DNA of 64,000 nt from Ascidiella aspersa (lineage: Eukaryota): contig OZ004612.1 of NCBI GenBank assembly GCA_963924565.1, forward strand, positions 28,706,001-28,770,000, in the 5' to 3' direction. Made by a program: the position numbers and the translations under genes. The notes below the pieces were generated by a model. It was given only the letters and a program-made list of their open reading frames with translations. It was not told the DNA's origin and did not search any database. Position 1 is the stretch's first letter. Every line of letters begins with the position of its first letter. Positions 47,264-59,655 of this stretch are shown here, one piece after another.

Positions 47264-48232
47264 CGTTATAGCGAATATCTGTTCCAAACAAAAAAATCTA
47301 GGTTCGTTTAAAATAGCTTTACACGGCCCGCGAGTTTAGAAGCGCTGCTATAACGGATTTCCTTTATTGGACAAAGTTGAGCGAAGGAGCAAAGCCAAGC
47401 CAGCCATTTGTAAACCAACAGTTTACCGGTCATTTTAGAGCTATAAACAGTGATGGATTCAAACAGGCACAGTAATCTAGACCAGTGATCAATAAACTTG
47501 TTTCATAAAATGCCGTATAAATATAAGGCCTTACGAAGTCAAATTATTAAAAGTATTCACGACCGCGGGCTGGAAATAAATATTTGTGTCGAAGTTTATT
47601 AACCTAATGCTCGTTAAACCAGGGACAATAAATAACTATTTAACAAAATTGTAGTGCGAGAATTAAGCGAACTTAACGATTAGATAACGATTACAGCAAC
47701 AGTATTCTACAAATCGGGATGTTGGCCTTCGAAAAGATATTTTATGAAAACGTACAGTTGTTTGACTCATTGGGACACTTTATATGGTTACATAAATATC
47801 TATATTTTATAAAACAAAACCTTACATTCTTTAACATGTGACCCAGAAATTTTAAATATGATTCTATATTCTTTGACAGAAGAGTGTTTTAAAAGTAGAC
47901 TCTCGAAAGTTCGTTTCTCTTTTTCGCTTAAGTCGTTTGTGTTTTCGAGAGATCTTGTTGACTTAAAATAAAACTTCGTTACACCCGTCATTTCAATACT
48001 TGGTTTCCGACTTGTTGAACGCGGGCGTGATGTTGCAAATCAACTCCCAACTATTAAAGCAATAGCGATATATGGCACGACTTTACTTAGTTGTGCTCTG
48101 AATCACTGAACTTAGCCGGAAGCCTCCGACAGAAAAAACGAATCAGTCGATCAAGATGCAAGCAAGGCCAGTCAAGAAAAACAACTAGCCTGAAATGAGG
48201 TTGAAACGCACGAACTTCGGGCACCTTAGCTC

Positions 48233-48607
48233 TAGAGATCGACCGATATCGATAATATACCTGAAATATACCCGATACCTGAAATACCGATACCCGATAC
48301 CGATACCCGATTTTTTACATTTTGGAACCGATACCCGATACCGATTTTTTACATTTTGGAACCGATACCCGATACCGATTTTTATATACCCTATTAAACT
48401 ATTATTTTACATATTAACTTGACCTGATGCTAAAACCAAATTTTTTTAATAAAAAAATTGATAAGTTGTTTGTTGTACAGGAAAAACGATATCATATTTT
48501 GGTACTAAAAATATAAGTACCGGCCTACATTTACCTATACCGATATATCGGTAAAAGCCAACTATCGGCCGATATTATCGGTAAACCGATATATCGGTCT
48601 ATCTCTA
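48233..48607. mobile_element. MITE with internal CCGATAC repeats (relatives near 32820-32925, 42080-42205, 60460-60565)
   Basis: TIR TAGAGATCGACCGATAT / ATATCGGTCTATCTCTA with tandem CCGATAC(C) units. Confidence 0.75.
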
Positions 48608-48623
48608 CTTTAATCAAGTATAG

Positions 48624-49059
48624 CAGGGACGGCGAACCTTTTTATCGCTGGGGTCACAAACACGCATTACTCCTTACAAAATGCGCAAGTGGGTCATATA
48701 TTTAATTATTTGCTAATTGTGTGCGAAACACTGCTGTGCGGTATTTTAAGTGTTATTGCCTGGGTTGGTAATTCAAGGTTATTGACTGATTTCCAAATTC
48801 TGATTCCCATGTATATTAAGAAGCTAAATAGTTAACAAATGCTGCAGATTTTTTTATGGGATTACAGGAGTTCAGAAGAAAGCTTTTCAGCACGATTTAT
48901 TGGCTAAACCTGGGTTTTAGGAACTTTTAGTCTGCGAACTCTTAATTTCCCTTAAAGCGGTGGTCGGCAAACTTTTTGCGTCGCGAAAAGACAAGTGGGT
49001 CATTAAAAATCTGTGGTGGGTCACTTTGTGACCCGCGGGATAGTGGTTCGCTATCCCTG
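48624..49059. mobile_element. hAT-type MITE
   Basis: TIR CAGGGACGGCGAACC / GGTTCGCTATCCCTG, TSD AAGTATAG/AAGTATGG (7/8 match). Confidence 0.78.
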
Positions 49060-49725
49060 AAGTATGGACTGTGTTCCAAAATTATGCAAACGTGACAAAA
49101 ATAACCCCCAAAACAAGTGATTTCTTGAGCCCTGATTCTTCTGGTTTACACTAAGTCATAAAGCGACGTTTCGGCAGCAGTTATCAATCCATCTATTTAT
49201 AAAAAAAATATAAGCAATATATTTTACGTGTTAAAATAATAGAGAAAAGGCACTGCAAATATTTAAAAAATATACTTCACGTCTCTTCAGTGAGGATACG
49301 TGATTTCGGTTGTTGTGGTTATAACTGGACAAATTTACCTAAAATATTTAACCGTGCCACTATACGTGATCACAGTCTGTATAAGAGATAGAACAAAAGG
49401 TAAAATCTGTTCTTACCGAAACGGTAAATGTTTCGTATATGTCAAGGCTGTATACTTCACGTCTCTTCAGTGCGGAAGGCTGTTTGCTACAACGTTGGGC
49501 AATGATTCAAGTTACAAAACATGTACTTACTCACGGTGGATGTTGTTAGTCAGCGCTTAGGGGTTTTAAACGCACACTGCGTTCGTAATTGTGCGCAAAC
49601 GCCTTCGTCACTTGAATGTCATGGTAAAATTACGACCGCACACTGACATACCTTATACTGGTTGTTAGGATTGTATTTAAAAGAGAAGGACTGCTGTTGA
49701 TGAAGATTTTCTGATAAGCTACTAA

Positions 49726-52700
49726 ATGCATTGGTTCAAGTTTCACTTTGTTTTGCTGAACTTTTTAGTGCTGAATACCGTTCTGTACCTGACGTGCGCT
49801 GTCGGCTGCCAGGTTGAATTTTCAAGTAAATCTGGAACGATTGCCTATGGAAGAAGCTTCCGCAGTTGTAAACAAAAGTGTAGCTGGATATTTTCCTACA
49901 ATAGTAGTGGAGAAGTTGCTTTTCGACTAAAGTTTCTTCTTAGTGAGGGGAATGCAAAACGAGACGAATCGGTCACTTTACCAGACGGTGAGTATTTTGG
50001 TAATTCACACTTTGACATCAGGGATTTATATAAAAATACGATTTTTTTTCAGTAAGACAGGATCAGTGCAATAGTTTCTTGGAAATATAGTGACATGTGA
50101 ATGGGGTATTCTGAAGAAAACAATATGATTTTGCGTTTGATTTATCTAAATGGATTTAAATACAGTAAGGGTTGCATTCGGGTAGAATGGAATATTTCAT
50201 AAGCTGTAAACAGCCTATATAAAAGTCTCACGTATAACTTTAATCATTGCTTCTATGATGATTCATTTGTCCATCATCATTAAACAAATCGTTTGTAGCA
50301 TCTTTTGCGATAACAATCCATATCTACCCTATACATATGCCGAAACTTGGCTGGTTTAATTCTTGGTTAGTTGCAGAAATATACAGCTATTGTTTCGGGT
50401 AGGTTCGGTTTTGCCGGAAAAAACGATCAACAGCACTTCGAAGTGGTGTGCCGTGTACGTAAAAGCACCGGGCAGTCAAAATACTTCTTGCGTTGAGAAT
50501 GTGACAATCGCCAACATATGCGACCAAGCCACAGTGCGCAGTCAACAATGGCCACCGACCATTACAACTCATGTTTGGTCTTACACAATGCAAGTGGACT
50601 ACGATTTTGTCGACTGTAAAGCTTGGACAACAACCACAACGGCCAATGAAACACATACCGCGTCAACAACAAGAACAACGAAGGTGGCGACAAATCAGAC
50701 TGTCTTATACGAAACAACAGGTGAAGTATTAATAAAAATTAACGCGGTGTAGCAATAGTAGAGCTTCCTAAACATTTTAGTCTGCAAACCCTTTTACTTT
50801 GTAATAACTATTCGCAACCCTTCGAACTATGATAACATATTATTTCATAATTTCTAGTTTCACGCGTATTTGTTGAGTTCTGTGCAACTCAGTTGTCAAT
50901 TGAGTTTTATTGGTTTAGAAATTTGCATAACGAAAATTAAAAAAAGCCCAACTCATTTATGTTTAGATGTAACATTCGTTTCTTTTGATATGAATTACTC
51001 GCAATTCATCAAGCTCATTGCGCGATCCTAGTCTAGGAAGCCCTATAGCCTGTACAATTTCGCAAGTTACATACGACGCATCAACCAGTTATTCGCGGTT
51101 CTTATGTTCACTTTGTTCTCGTTTATAGGATTCACAATGGTCGATTACGTTTGCTATAGTCGCCGATTCTCGTATAGGTTCCCATTTAAATTCTTATGCT
51201 TTTCTATAATAAATATAGACAATAGAGACTGTGACAGCGCAATTGCAATTGATATGTTTTAACAAATCCCCGTTGCAAATAAAATGTTGCGTTATGCAAG
51301 CTGCATACTATTGTTGGCTGTAGTGTTACATTTACTGTAACTGGGCTATTTGCTTAAAGCAGGACGTTTGTCTAGTCAAAAGTGATTTATAGGCACCGAA
51401 CTTTTAAAATTCCAGGGCGTTATTTTCCAGAATCTAGACAGTGCAAAATTACTTATATATAAATAAGATAAAAAATGTGAGCTCTTAGATAGCAGCTGTT
51501 TCATGTTATTACTGTAGTTTGTAGATTTTATGAACTCTTGCCTATAATTGGTAATAGTAAAATGAAATATTCTGTGTCTAACTGTCCAGCCATCCCACAA
51601 TATGTCTATATACCTACATGAAGTGATCTTTATCAATAATACTGTTTTTAACCGGTCGAGTCGAGCATTAGCACAATGATTAATCGTTTTTTTAACACCA
51701 GGATTCTTTAGCGCTGAGGTTACTACGTCAAGGAATTCCCCGAGAAACAGATCGAAAGTGGTTGCACAAGAAACCGTTGGACGAAACCTGACAGCGGTGT
51801 CTGTTGTGTTGGCTGTGCTGTTACTCATCGCACTCTTGGCCTTTTTGGCTGTTCTTTTTAAGTACAGGTACAAACCTATGTGTCGCCATAATACTTCCAT
51901 CTGGTTAACTTTGACGTAGAAATCTCATACTAATTTATGACTTGGTTACCTTGAGATAAACTGTAAGGACTGGCGATACCATTTCGGATAACTAATATGA
52001 TTGAAGATTGCTGATCTACAATTTCGTGACGAAATTTATTGACTTGATTTGTAGAATTATACGAATTAAAACTTAAAAAGCAATGCGAAAATGTGTTGTG
52101 AGTTTTCAAATCGTCCCGTATAGTTTAAATTTTCATCAAAGTTTAGTTTAAACCCGACAAACTTTGTAACAAAACTGCGTGTTTTATAGTTTTTAGATAT
52201 CTGTATTTAGAAAATATACCCTGGACCGGAAAAACTTACTTCGCGGACCTTAGTTTCCAATGATAAGAACGTTATTCGTTTTCTAACTGTATACATATCA
52301 GATGTACCACAGTAACAAACAAACTTCTAATTCCAAATGTAAAATTGTTCTTCCAGCAAAATTTGTTAAATTACTAATGTTTCGACCACCACCTATTCGG
52401 GCTTTCTAAATATCTGTATTTAGAAAATATACCCTGGACCGGAAAAACTTACTTCGCGGACCTTAGTTTCCAATGATAAGAACGTTATTCGTTTTCTAAC
52501 TGTATACATATCAGATGTACCACAGTAACAAACAAACTTCTAATTCCAAATGTAAAATTGTTCTTCCAGCAAAATTTGTTAAATTACTAATGTTTCGACC
52601 ACCACCTATTCGGGCAATCTTCTTCGGTGCAATAAAATTGCAACTCCAGGCAAAAAAGAACAATGCCTAGCAGCATCAGCTTGTAAACAATGTTTCACAG

Positions 52701-53048
52701 CAAAAACTAATTTCAGTTAGGAATAAGTTTTATCCTACATAGAAAATTATTACAACTTGTTTATTGTTTAGAACATTGCAATCAAGAATGGCGAAGAATT
52801 CTGAGAAAAGCCATGCATCAGTCTACGGAAACGACCCTTCATCCGACAACAACATGTACGCAATGGCCACGGCTCCTTCACAAGCGACTAACTCAGTAGC
52901 AAATGGGGAACGAGAAATGGTGGACAACGAACTTTACACCGCCAACGATGTGCGTGAAGAAAAACAGACTGTCTACAACGAACTTTACGCAGCCAACAAT
53001 GTTTTGGAAGAAAAACAGACTGTGTACAACGAACTATACAAAGCTTAG
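49726..53048 (+). CDS. Receptor R3: same family; tail with three NELY repeats (340 aa)
   Basis: Exons 49726-49987, 50403-50720, 51702-51867, 52772-53048 total 1023 nt in frame. Signal MHWFKFHFVLLNFLVLNTVLYLTCAVG; TM LTAVSVVLAVLLLIALLAFLAVLF followed by KYR. Confidence 0.9.
52197..52615. repeat. 206-bp tandem duplication (period 213) in R3 intron 3
   Basis: 52197-52402 is repeated, apparently identically, at 52410-52615. Confidence 0.9.
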
Positions 53049-54512
53049 TTTGCTTGTTTAAATGACATATTCTCAGAACCATAGTGTTCCGTTTAATTTT
53101 TTACCACGTGCCTAAACTATTGTGTTGGGCAAACGACAACGTCCCCAAAGGAGCCATGTGGCCACATATTATGAACTTTACTGAAGTAAACATTGGGTAG
53201 TGAAAGTATTATATCTAAACATCCTTGCAAAATAGTTTTGGTTTGGCTCCAGGAGACATTGGCGTCAGCAGCTTGTTAAAAAATATTTTTTACTTGTTTT
53301 CCTGCTCACTTGGAAATGTATTATAGGTGCAAAAAAGTTCGCCAATTTGTGGAAACAAAAATCACTTAGCGGGAGCACTGTTCAGCACAGCGCACTTGAG
53401 GTCAAAACTTGAAAAAAGAGTGTGTTATTTATTTGTCTTGCTTGTTCATATTTCACTGCTAAATATTTTCGTCCTTATTTTTCCCTTCGCAAACGATATA
53501 CAAAGCTTCCGAAATGAAATCCAGCATAATCATTTCAATACCGCCCACATAAATGGTTCCATACACCACCATTGATTTTAAAGTTTGTATAGAAAGCCAA
53601 TTAACAAATCTTTGGTTGAAATTGCGCAAATTTGTTTGAGCGCGTAATGAAATTGTGTACGTGTTTATAAAATAACGGAATAAAATGTGATAATGTGCCT
53701 ATGGTGGTCCAAAGTTTGAAACAAAATAAGATTGACTTTCATTTGATGATATATTTTGCATAATAATTACAACGTTCCAGCCGATACAAAAATCTATAAA
53801 AACTCTATATACATCGATTTTCGACTTACTGTAACTTTAACGCACTAAATCATGGTGAACTTTTGTTTTAAAGGGGTTTACCTAAATGTTGTAAACAAGT
53901 CAATTTAAAATGACTTAAATCCGAGTCAAATCATGGCAATAAAATGTACGGTCAGATCAAGTCATTTACCTAAATAAAATGTTGAATTATATATTGAAAA
54001 TGTAAACTAGTAACATCCTGAGAGATATTTTGATTAACGAATTGTAACAAACACGTAACAATTACTTAATTCGAAATCAAACTCCTTAACAAGAAAAACT
54101 GGAATAAAAAGACTAAACGAATTTTCTCAAAATTATTTTAAAGCTTTTAAGTCTAAGTAAAATTGATTGCCTCAAAATTGATTTGCGTCAAGTCAAGTCA
54201 TTAAAACGTCAGCACACAATAATATCAAACAAAGGGAACTATAAATACCGTTAACTATTTAAATCCAAGCATTGGAGAAACAAATGGAAGCCTTCTATGG
54301 ATAAGCATTAGACACATGACGTAGTTTAACAGGTTTACATGCGTGATACGTGCATAGTTGCGCGGGTCACTTTATTGTTTGTGTGTAGTAGCTATACCAG
54401 GAAATACTGTCACCAAGCGTTGTTAGCTGTAGACAATAACAAGCGGGTACAACACTGTTTGGCTGTTTTTTTTGTGGACGACTAAATTCGCCGAAGTGTG
54501 ATCAAAGCGGGA

Positions 54513-56356
54513 ATGATTGGTCTCAAGTGGAAAAACGTTTTTCTGAGCTTTCTATTACTGGAAACTGTTTATCAAAGCGTTGTCGGTTGCAAACATGAAT
54601 TCTCTAGTCGATTCGGAAAAATATCTTACAAGGCAGATTATTCATGGCAGAAATGCGACTGGAAATTTACTTACAATGGAAGCAGAAGTGATGTTGTTTT
54701 GGGAATAAAGATTAAGAACATTTGGCTACACAGTGACGAAATAATTACTTTGCCAGACGGTGAGTATGCCAATGTTTTAAATTCTTCCAGTTAATTTGTA
54801 ATCGGACTTTTAAGTTACTCATTTTTTTTTATTTAAATTCAATATTGCATATTACGTTTGCCAACTTAAACATTCGCAAAGTGTGTAAAACTAATGGTTA
54901 GTAGCAGTCCTAAAAATAAATATAGGGTCCGTGAGGTAATCATTTGTTTTAAAAAAGGGTGCTGAAATTAAAACAGGTTGTTAATCACTTGTCTTCGCGT
55001 CTTAGCTCTAAATTACTCATGCAAAAATATCTGAACATTTATTCCATTAAAACCCTAAGCAAATTCAACAAGTGTTTTTATTAAAAGGGAAAGCTATTTC
55101 AACTCGTCTCTGGATTGCTCAATATTGTGGAGTGTTTGTGAAAGAGTTTGGATTACAAGAATCGTGCAACGATGGAGTAAAGTATCCTATAATTTGTGAC
55201 AAGCCGAGCGTTTACAGCAAATCGTGGCCACCCAACATTACAACTAAACTGTATTCTCATGAAATGGAATTAGTTTACGGTTTTTTCGACTGCACAAATA
55301 TTACCACAACCACAACTACAACAACAACAACAGCAAAGGCTACAACAAGGACGTCAACGACAAAAACAGCAACTACAACAAAATCCTCCACAGCAACAAC
55401 GAGAAAAAACGATGTGGAAACGACAACAACAGCGTTTTCAATAGGTAAAAAAATTACAATATTTCTTTGTTGCTTGTACAGTAATGTTTATTTTTTTATT
55501 TCGGCTTTTTGAATGGAAAAACTAGACAAAAAACAAGCTATTTGTTACTTTAATATATTTCCAGGAGTTTTAAGCTCTGAAGTTACTAGGCCAGATACTT
55601 CCCAAAGAAACAACTTTAAGTTTGCGGCGCAAGAAGAAATTGCACGAAATATGACAGTAACAAGCGGTATATTGGCTGCATTACTGCTCATTTCTGTTTG
55701 TGCCTTGGTAGCGGCCTTCATTAAATACAGGTAAATATTTATCCAGCAGTTTTTATGAGGCATGGATAAATTAATTTCATTAAAAAAAAATTAAAAATGT
55801 TGGACACATTTTCCTCCATGGCCTCATTTATTACATAGTCTAATAGAAAATAAGGCCAAAAGAATAGTACATAAACAAATATGCTGTGTATCGTTTTGAT
55901 CTTATCCGATCTTAATCTACAAATATTGTTCAAAGAATATTTACGTAGTAAGAATATCAAATCCCATACAGAAGTAGGTATTATTTTAAATGTTTCGAAT
56001 AACTTTTTATTTATATACAACATGAACTACGTATAAGAACATGAATCAGGAGTTATTCAAAACGGTCACAATGATACCCAAATAGTCCGTCATTCCTACA
56101 AAGTGTATGGGCTTTAATATTCATACTATGTCTTACTACAACCTCCAACCATTATGCTCCAAACCTACATTTGTTTAGAAACTTGAGCAAACAACCGACA
56201 ACGAACGGAAACAACGTTAACGCAATGGTGACAGGTCCTTCGCAAGCAACTTATTCTACGGCATACGGGGAAAGGGAAATGGTCGACAACGAACTTTACG
56301 CAACAAGCAATGCTGGAGAGAAACAGACTGTTTACAACGAGCTTTACACGGCTTAG
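54513..56356 (+). CDS. Receptor R4: same family; tail with DNELY and TVYNELY (315 aa)
   Basis: Exons 54513-54759, 55088-55444, 55565-55730, 56179-56356 total 948 nt in frame. Signal MIGLKWKNVFLSFLLLETVYQSVVG; long Thr stalk; TM VTSGILAALLLISVCALVAAFI followed by KYR. Confidence 0.9.
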
Positions 56357-58057
56357 ATCGCTTGTTTTTATAACACCGATGTGGTATAGGAAAAAGAGTT
56401 ATGAACTGAACAACGCCGGCTTGTAAAAATATATGTGTCATCTTCAGAAATTTTGCGGAGTCGGAAGCTTTTTTGGTTTATGGGCGTAAAAAACATACAA
56501 AGTTTTAATTGTATTTTTAGGAATTTTTCGGCATCTAGTTAAAAAAAATCACTCAAAACGTGCTAAAAGACACCAAAGATACATATAATTTCGCGAAAAC
56601 AAATGCTATTATTCCCAGTCCAATATAGGTAAAAAATATTGTTAGGTAAGGATCCATAGCCACGTACTACTGTAGATTTATCTGCAGACCAGATTATTTT
56701 CATTAAAAGAGTCATAGATATGGAAGTCGCCTAACCTTACACAAATGGCCACAGTAATGTGTAATCTATTATGGAAACTCGATTTTCTTCCACTTTAGTT
56801 CCATTTTATGTATTTTTACTGTGATTCTCTTTTCTACGCCTTTTAAATTGTTTTTAGTTCGCAGTTATGTTGCTGTATAAATATATAAAATCATAAATAT
56901 TGAACTGTTTAAATATTGAGTTAGTGTTTTCCATATATATATATATTAGTGTTTTCCATAATAAGGTGTATTACATTGTTATCATAATCCAGGAATGTTA
57001 AAGTCCGGGACAGTAAAAAAATAAAGTCTTACACTTTTTCCGTTGGTGTGGTAAATCTAAACAAAGATCCTACCAAGGTTGCTGGTACGAAAAGCGCCTT
57101 TATGAGAGATGTCATATCAGGTCAGATAAGTTATAATATCATGTCAATGGAAAATAAATGTATTGCAAATTGCAAATAGCCGTGTAAAATTTGAATGGCT
57201 TTATATGATTTCACCAGCCGCAAATACATTCCAATCAAAAAGCAAATGGAAATCATAAGTGCAAACGATACTTTCAATCCTATTGTTTCGCATTGCATAC
57301 CAAGTGCGGTATTGCAATTGCGGGTAGACAATAAGGAAGTAAGTGTAGTTGGCAGAACTATATTTCGCAATCAATTAAGGACTTTGTTGTGGCTGATATT
57401 GAGCCACATGACGATGACTTCAAGATCTGACACATCTGACAATTCAAAACGTCAGATAGATTAGCATAATGGTTACCGTGACGTTTGGCCTGTGTGTCAA
57501 CGAAATATGCGTGGGCGATTTTAAGTGGCTATACGTATTAAACCGCTGGCTATACATAGATGTGCCACTGCCACATTGGTATTAGACGGGACTACAGCAA
57601 AAATACAGAAATCAGAATAACATGAACGTCGAATCAAAACCAAATCCTAAATAAGAAAACAACGGAAAGGCAAGAAGGACCGTGGTTCTTGAAGTAAAAT
57701 AGCCCGTCATTCCGACAAACATGCAAGGTTAATCAGCCAATAAAATTGGATTAGCTATTTTCTTTCTTTTCAAAATAAAGCACATAAAGACAATATTTAC
57801 TACAACAACTAATGCAAAAGTAACAGCACGAAAACTAATAAACGTTTTGACAACCAGTATTTATAAATCGAAAAAATCGAAAACAACTTTAAATTGTCCT
57901 GGAAGAAGTACAGCACAAAGCTTAACTAAATAACAAAAACCGTTGGGTCGTTGCAGGAAACAAATAAGGAATGTGAAGTTATTTATCTGTTAAGAGGATG
58001 CTTACAACAAAATAAAGGGAAACAACCAGAAAACCATTATATAACAGTACTTGTGGC

Positions 58058-58558
58058 CAGGGCTGGGGAGCCACCGTAAAATAGCATTAGCTCCGGCTCC
58101 AGCTCCGGAGCCATCAGGCAATTATTAAATGGCTCCGGCTCCAGCTCCGGAGTAGTAAAACTCATATCCTTTGGCTCCGGCTCCAGCTCCGGAGCCATCA
58201 AACACACACCCAATGACTCCGGCTCCAGCTCCGGTGCCACCAGTCACTTATTCAATGGCAAGTTTTAAAAATTGCTTTTGTCTCACTAACGTTGGAGATG
58301 GAACAAAATATAATTTCTTAGCTTTAACACCACAAATTGAAAAATGGCTCCAGCTACACAAAAATAATAAAAAGGGCTCCAGCTCCGGCTCCAGCTCCGG
58401 CTCCAGCTCCACAAAAATAATAAAAATGGCTCCGGCTCCGGCTCCAGCTCCACAAAAATAATAACAATGGCTCCGGCTCCGGCTCCGGCTCCGGCTCCAG
58501 AGAAAATGCTTAGCTCCGGGCTCCGGGCTCCAGCTCCGGCTCCGGCTCCCCAGCCCTG
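58058..58558. mobile_element. Young hAT-type MITE filled with (GGCTCC/AGCTCC)n
   Basis: Perfect 15-bp TIR CAGGGCTGGGGAGCC and perfect 8-bp TSD CTTGTGGC (58050-58057, 58559-58566). Confidence 0.92.
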
Positions 58559-59655
58559 CTTGTGGCAGGACTTGGTAAAACGCGGCGGAAGGCACAGATT
58601 TCATATTCGAATTATTTTTACAAATTTGGATTGGTTTAATCACACAAATTATTTTCTTTGCAGATTCTTATTTCGTCAAAATTGACATAAGCTAATCTTC
58701 CATTATAATTGCTTATCGCAAATTGCCGTGATTATGAGCAATGTGTATATCAGCTAACTTAACAAATTAAGATCACCATCGCTAGAAAGTTATTGAAATA
58801 GGCCAAAATATTTTTAAAGGGTGCTCAGGTTTTGTACGAAAGCTCAGGTTTTGTACGACTAACGACTGTCGTCTTATTGAAAAATATGACCTATTCTACC
58901 AAGTGCAGTTACGCGTCTGCCACGCTTTCTATTCAAAATATTTGGATATGGTTATTTCCATAATTAAAGTAACATTACTTGATTTCAGCGTGAAAGGATT
59001 TGGTAAACTATTTAAAAAAATTGCCAATGAAAAAATATATTTGCAATGAAAACGCGGAAGAGTTGTGCCCAATAATACTGTAGGTTTTTAATCGACTAAG
59101 ACTTCTATATCGATTACAAAACTGGGAATAGAAAAAAATGCATTTGGTTTTCAAACGATAGTTTATTTCTTCTTATTGTATGGGATATGCATATGTTTTG
59201 GGATTTTATGAAGTCGTTAAAGGTACAATTCGTCAGATAGAGCGACATATACGCTACACGGAAGAGACTGACTGGCTTTAGCCTTGCAAAGTACGTGAAT
59301 CTGCAAACGAAAATGAGTCAACCTATTTAATCGTTAGTAGCAGTGTATAATTGGAAACGTCATATTGTTTTACCAATATCCTGAAACCACAATCGCCGGA
59401 GCAGCTACAATGGCGTCAGTTTGAAAAAGAAAAAGCCGAACGTAGTAAGAATATCAAAGCCTACACAGAAGTAATGTGCTACCTGCCTCTACTTCTATGT
59501 GGGCTTTGATATTCTTAGTACGTCTTACTACAATCTCCAGCTATTATGCTCCAAAAAGCCTACACTGTTTTGTAGTTGTACTTGTTAACGGTTTTGTAGA
59601 TTTACTTGTTTAGCTTTGTAGGATTTTTTTTGTGTAACTAAAGTGCTAATTCCTG

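Noticed and set aside
48195-48422. ORF with YPIPIP repeats, or a CRISPR-like array
   Set aside because: These are CCGATAC tandem units inside a MITE. There are no unique spacers or cas genes, and the context is eukaryotic.
58037-58685. ORFs with PAPAPA / ELEPELEP / SRSRSR repeats
   Set aside because: They are translations of the hexamer array inside a MITE with perfect TIRs and TSD.
54300-59420. Shared CRE/AP-1-like sites (TGACG, TGAGTCA) upstream of receptor genes
   Set aside because: These short motifs are expected by chance, and I could not establish positional conservation by eye.
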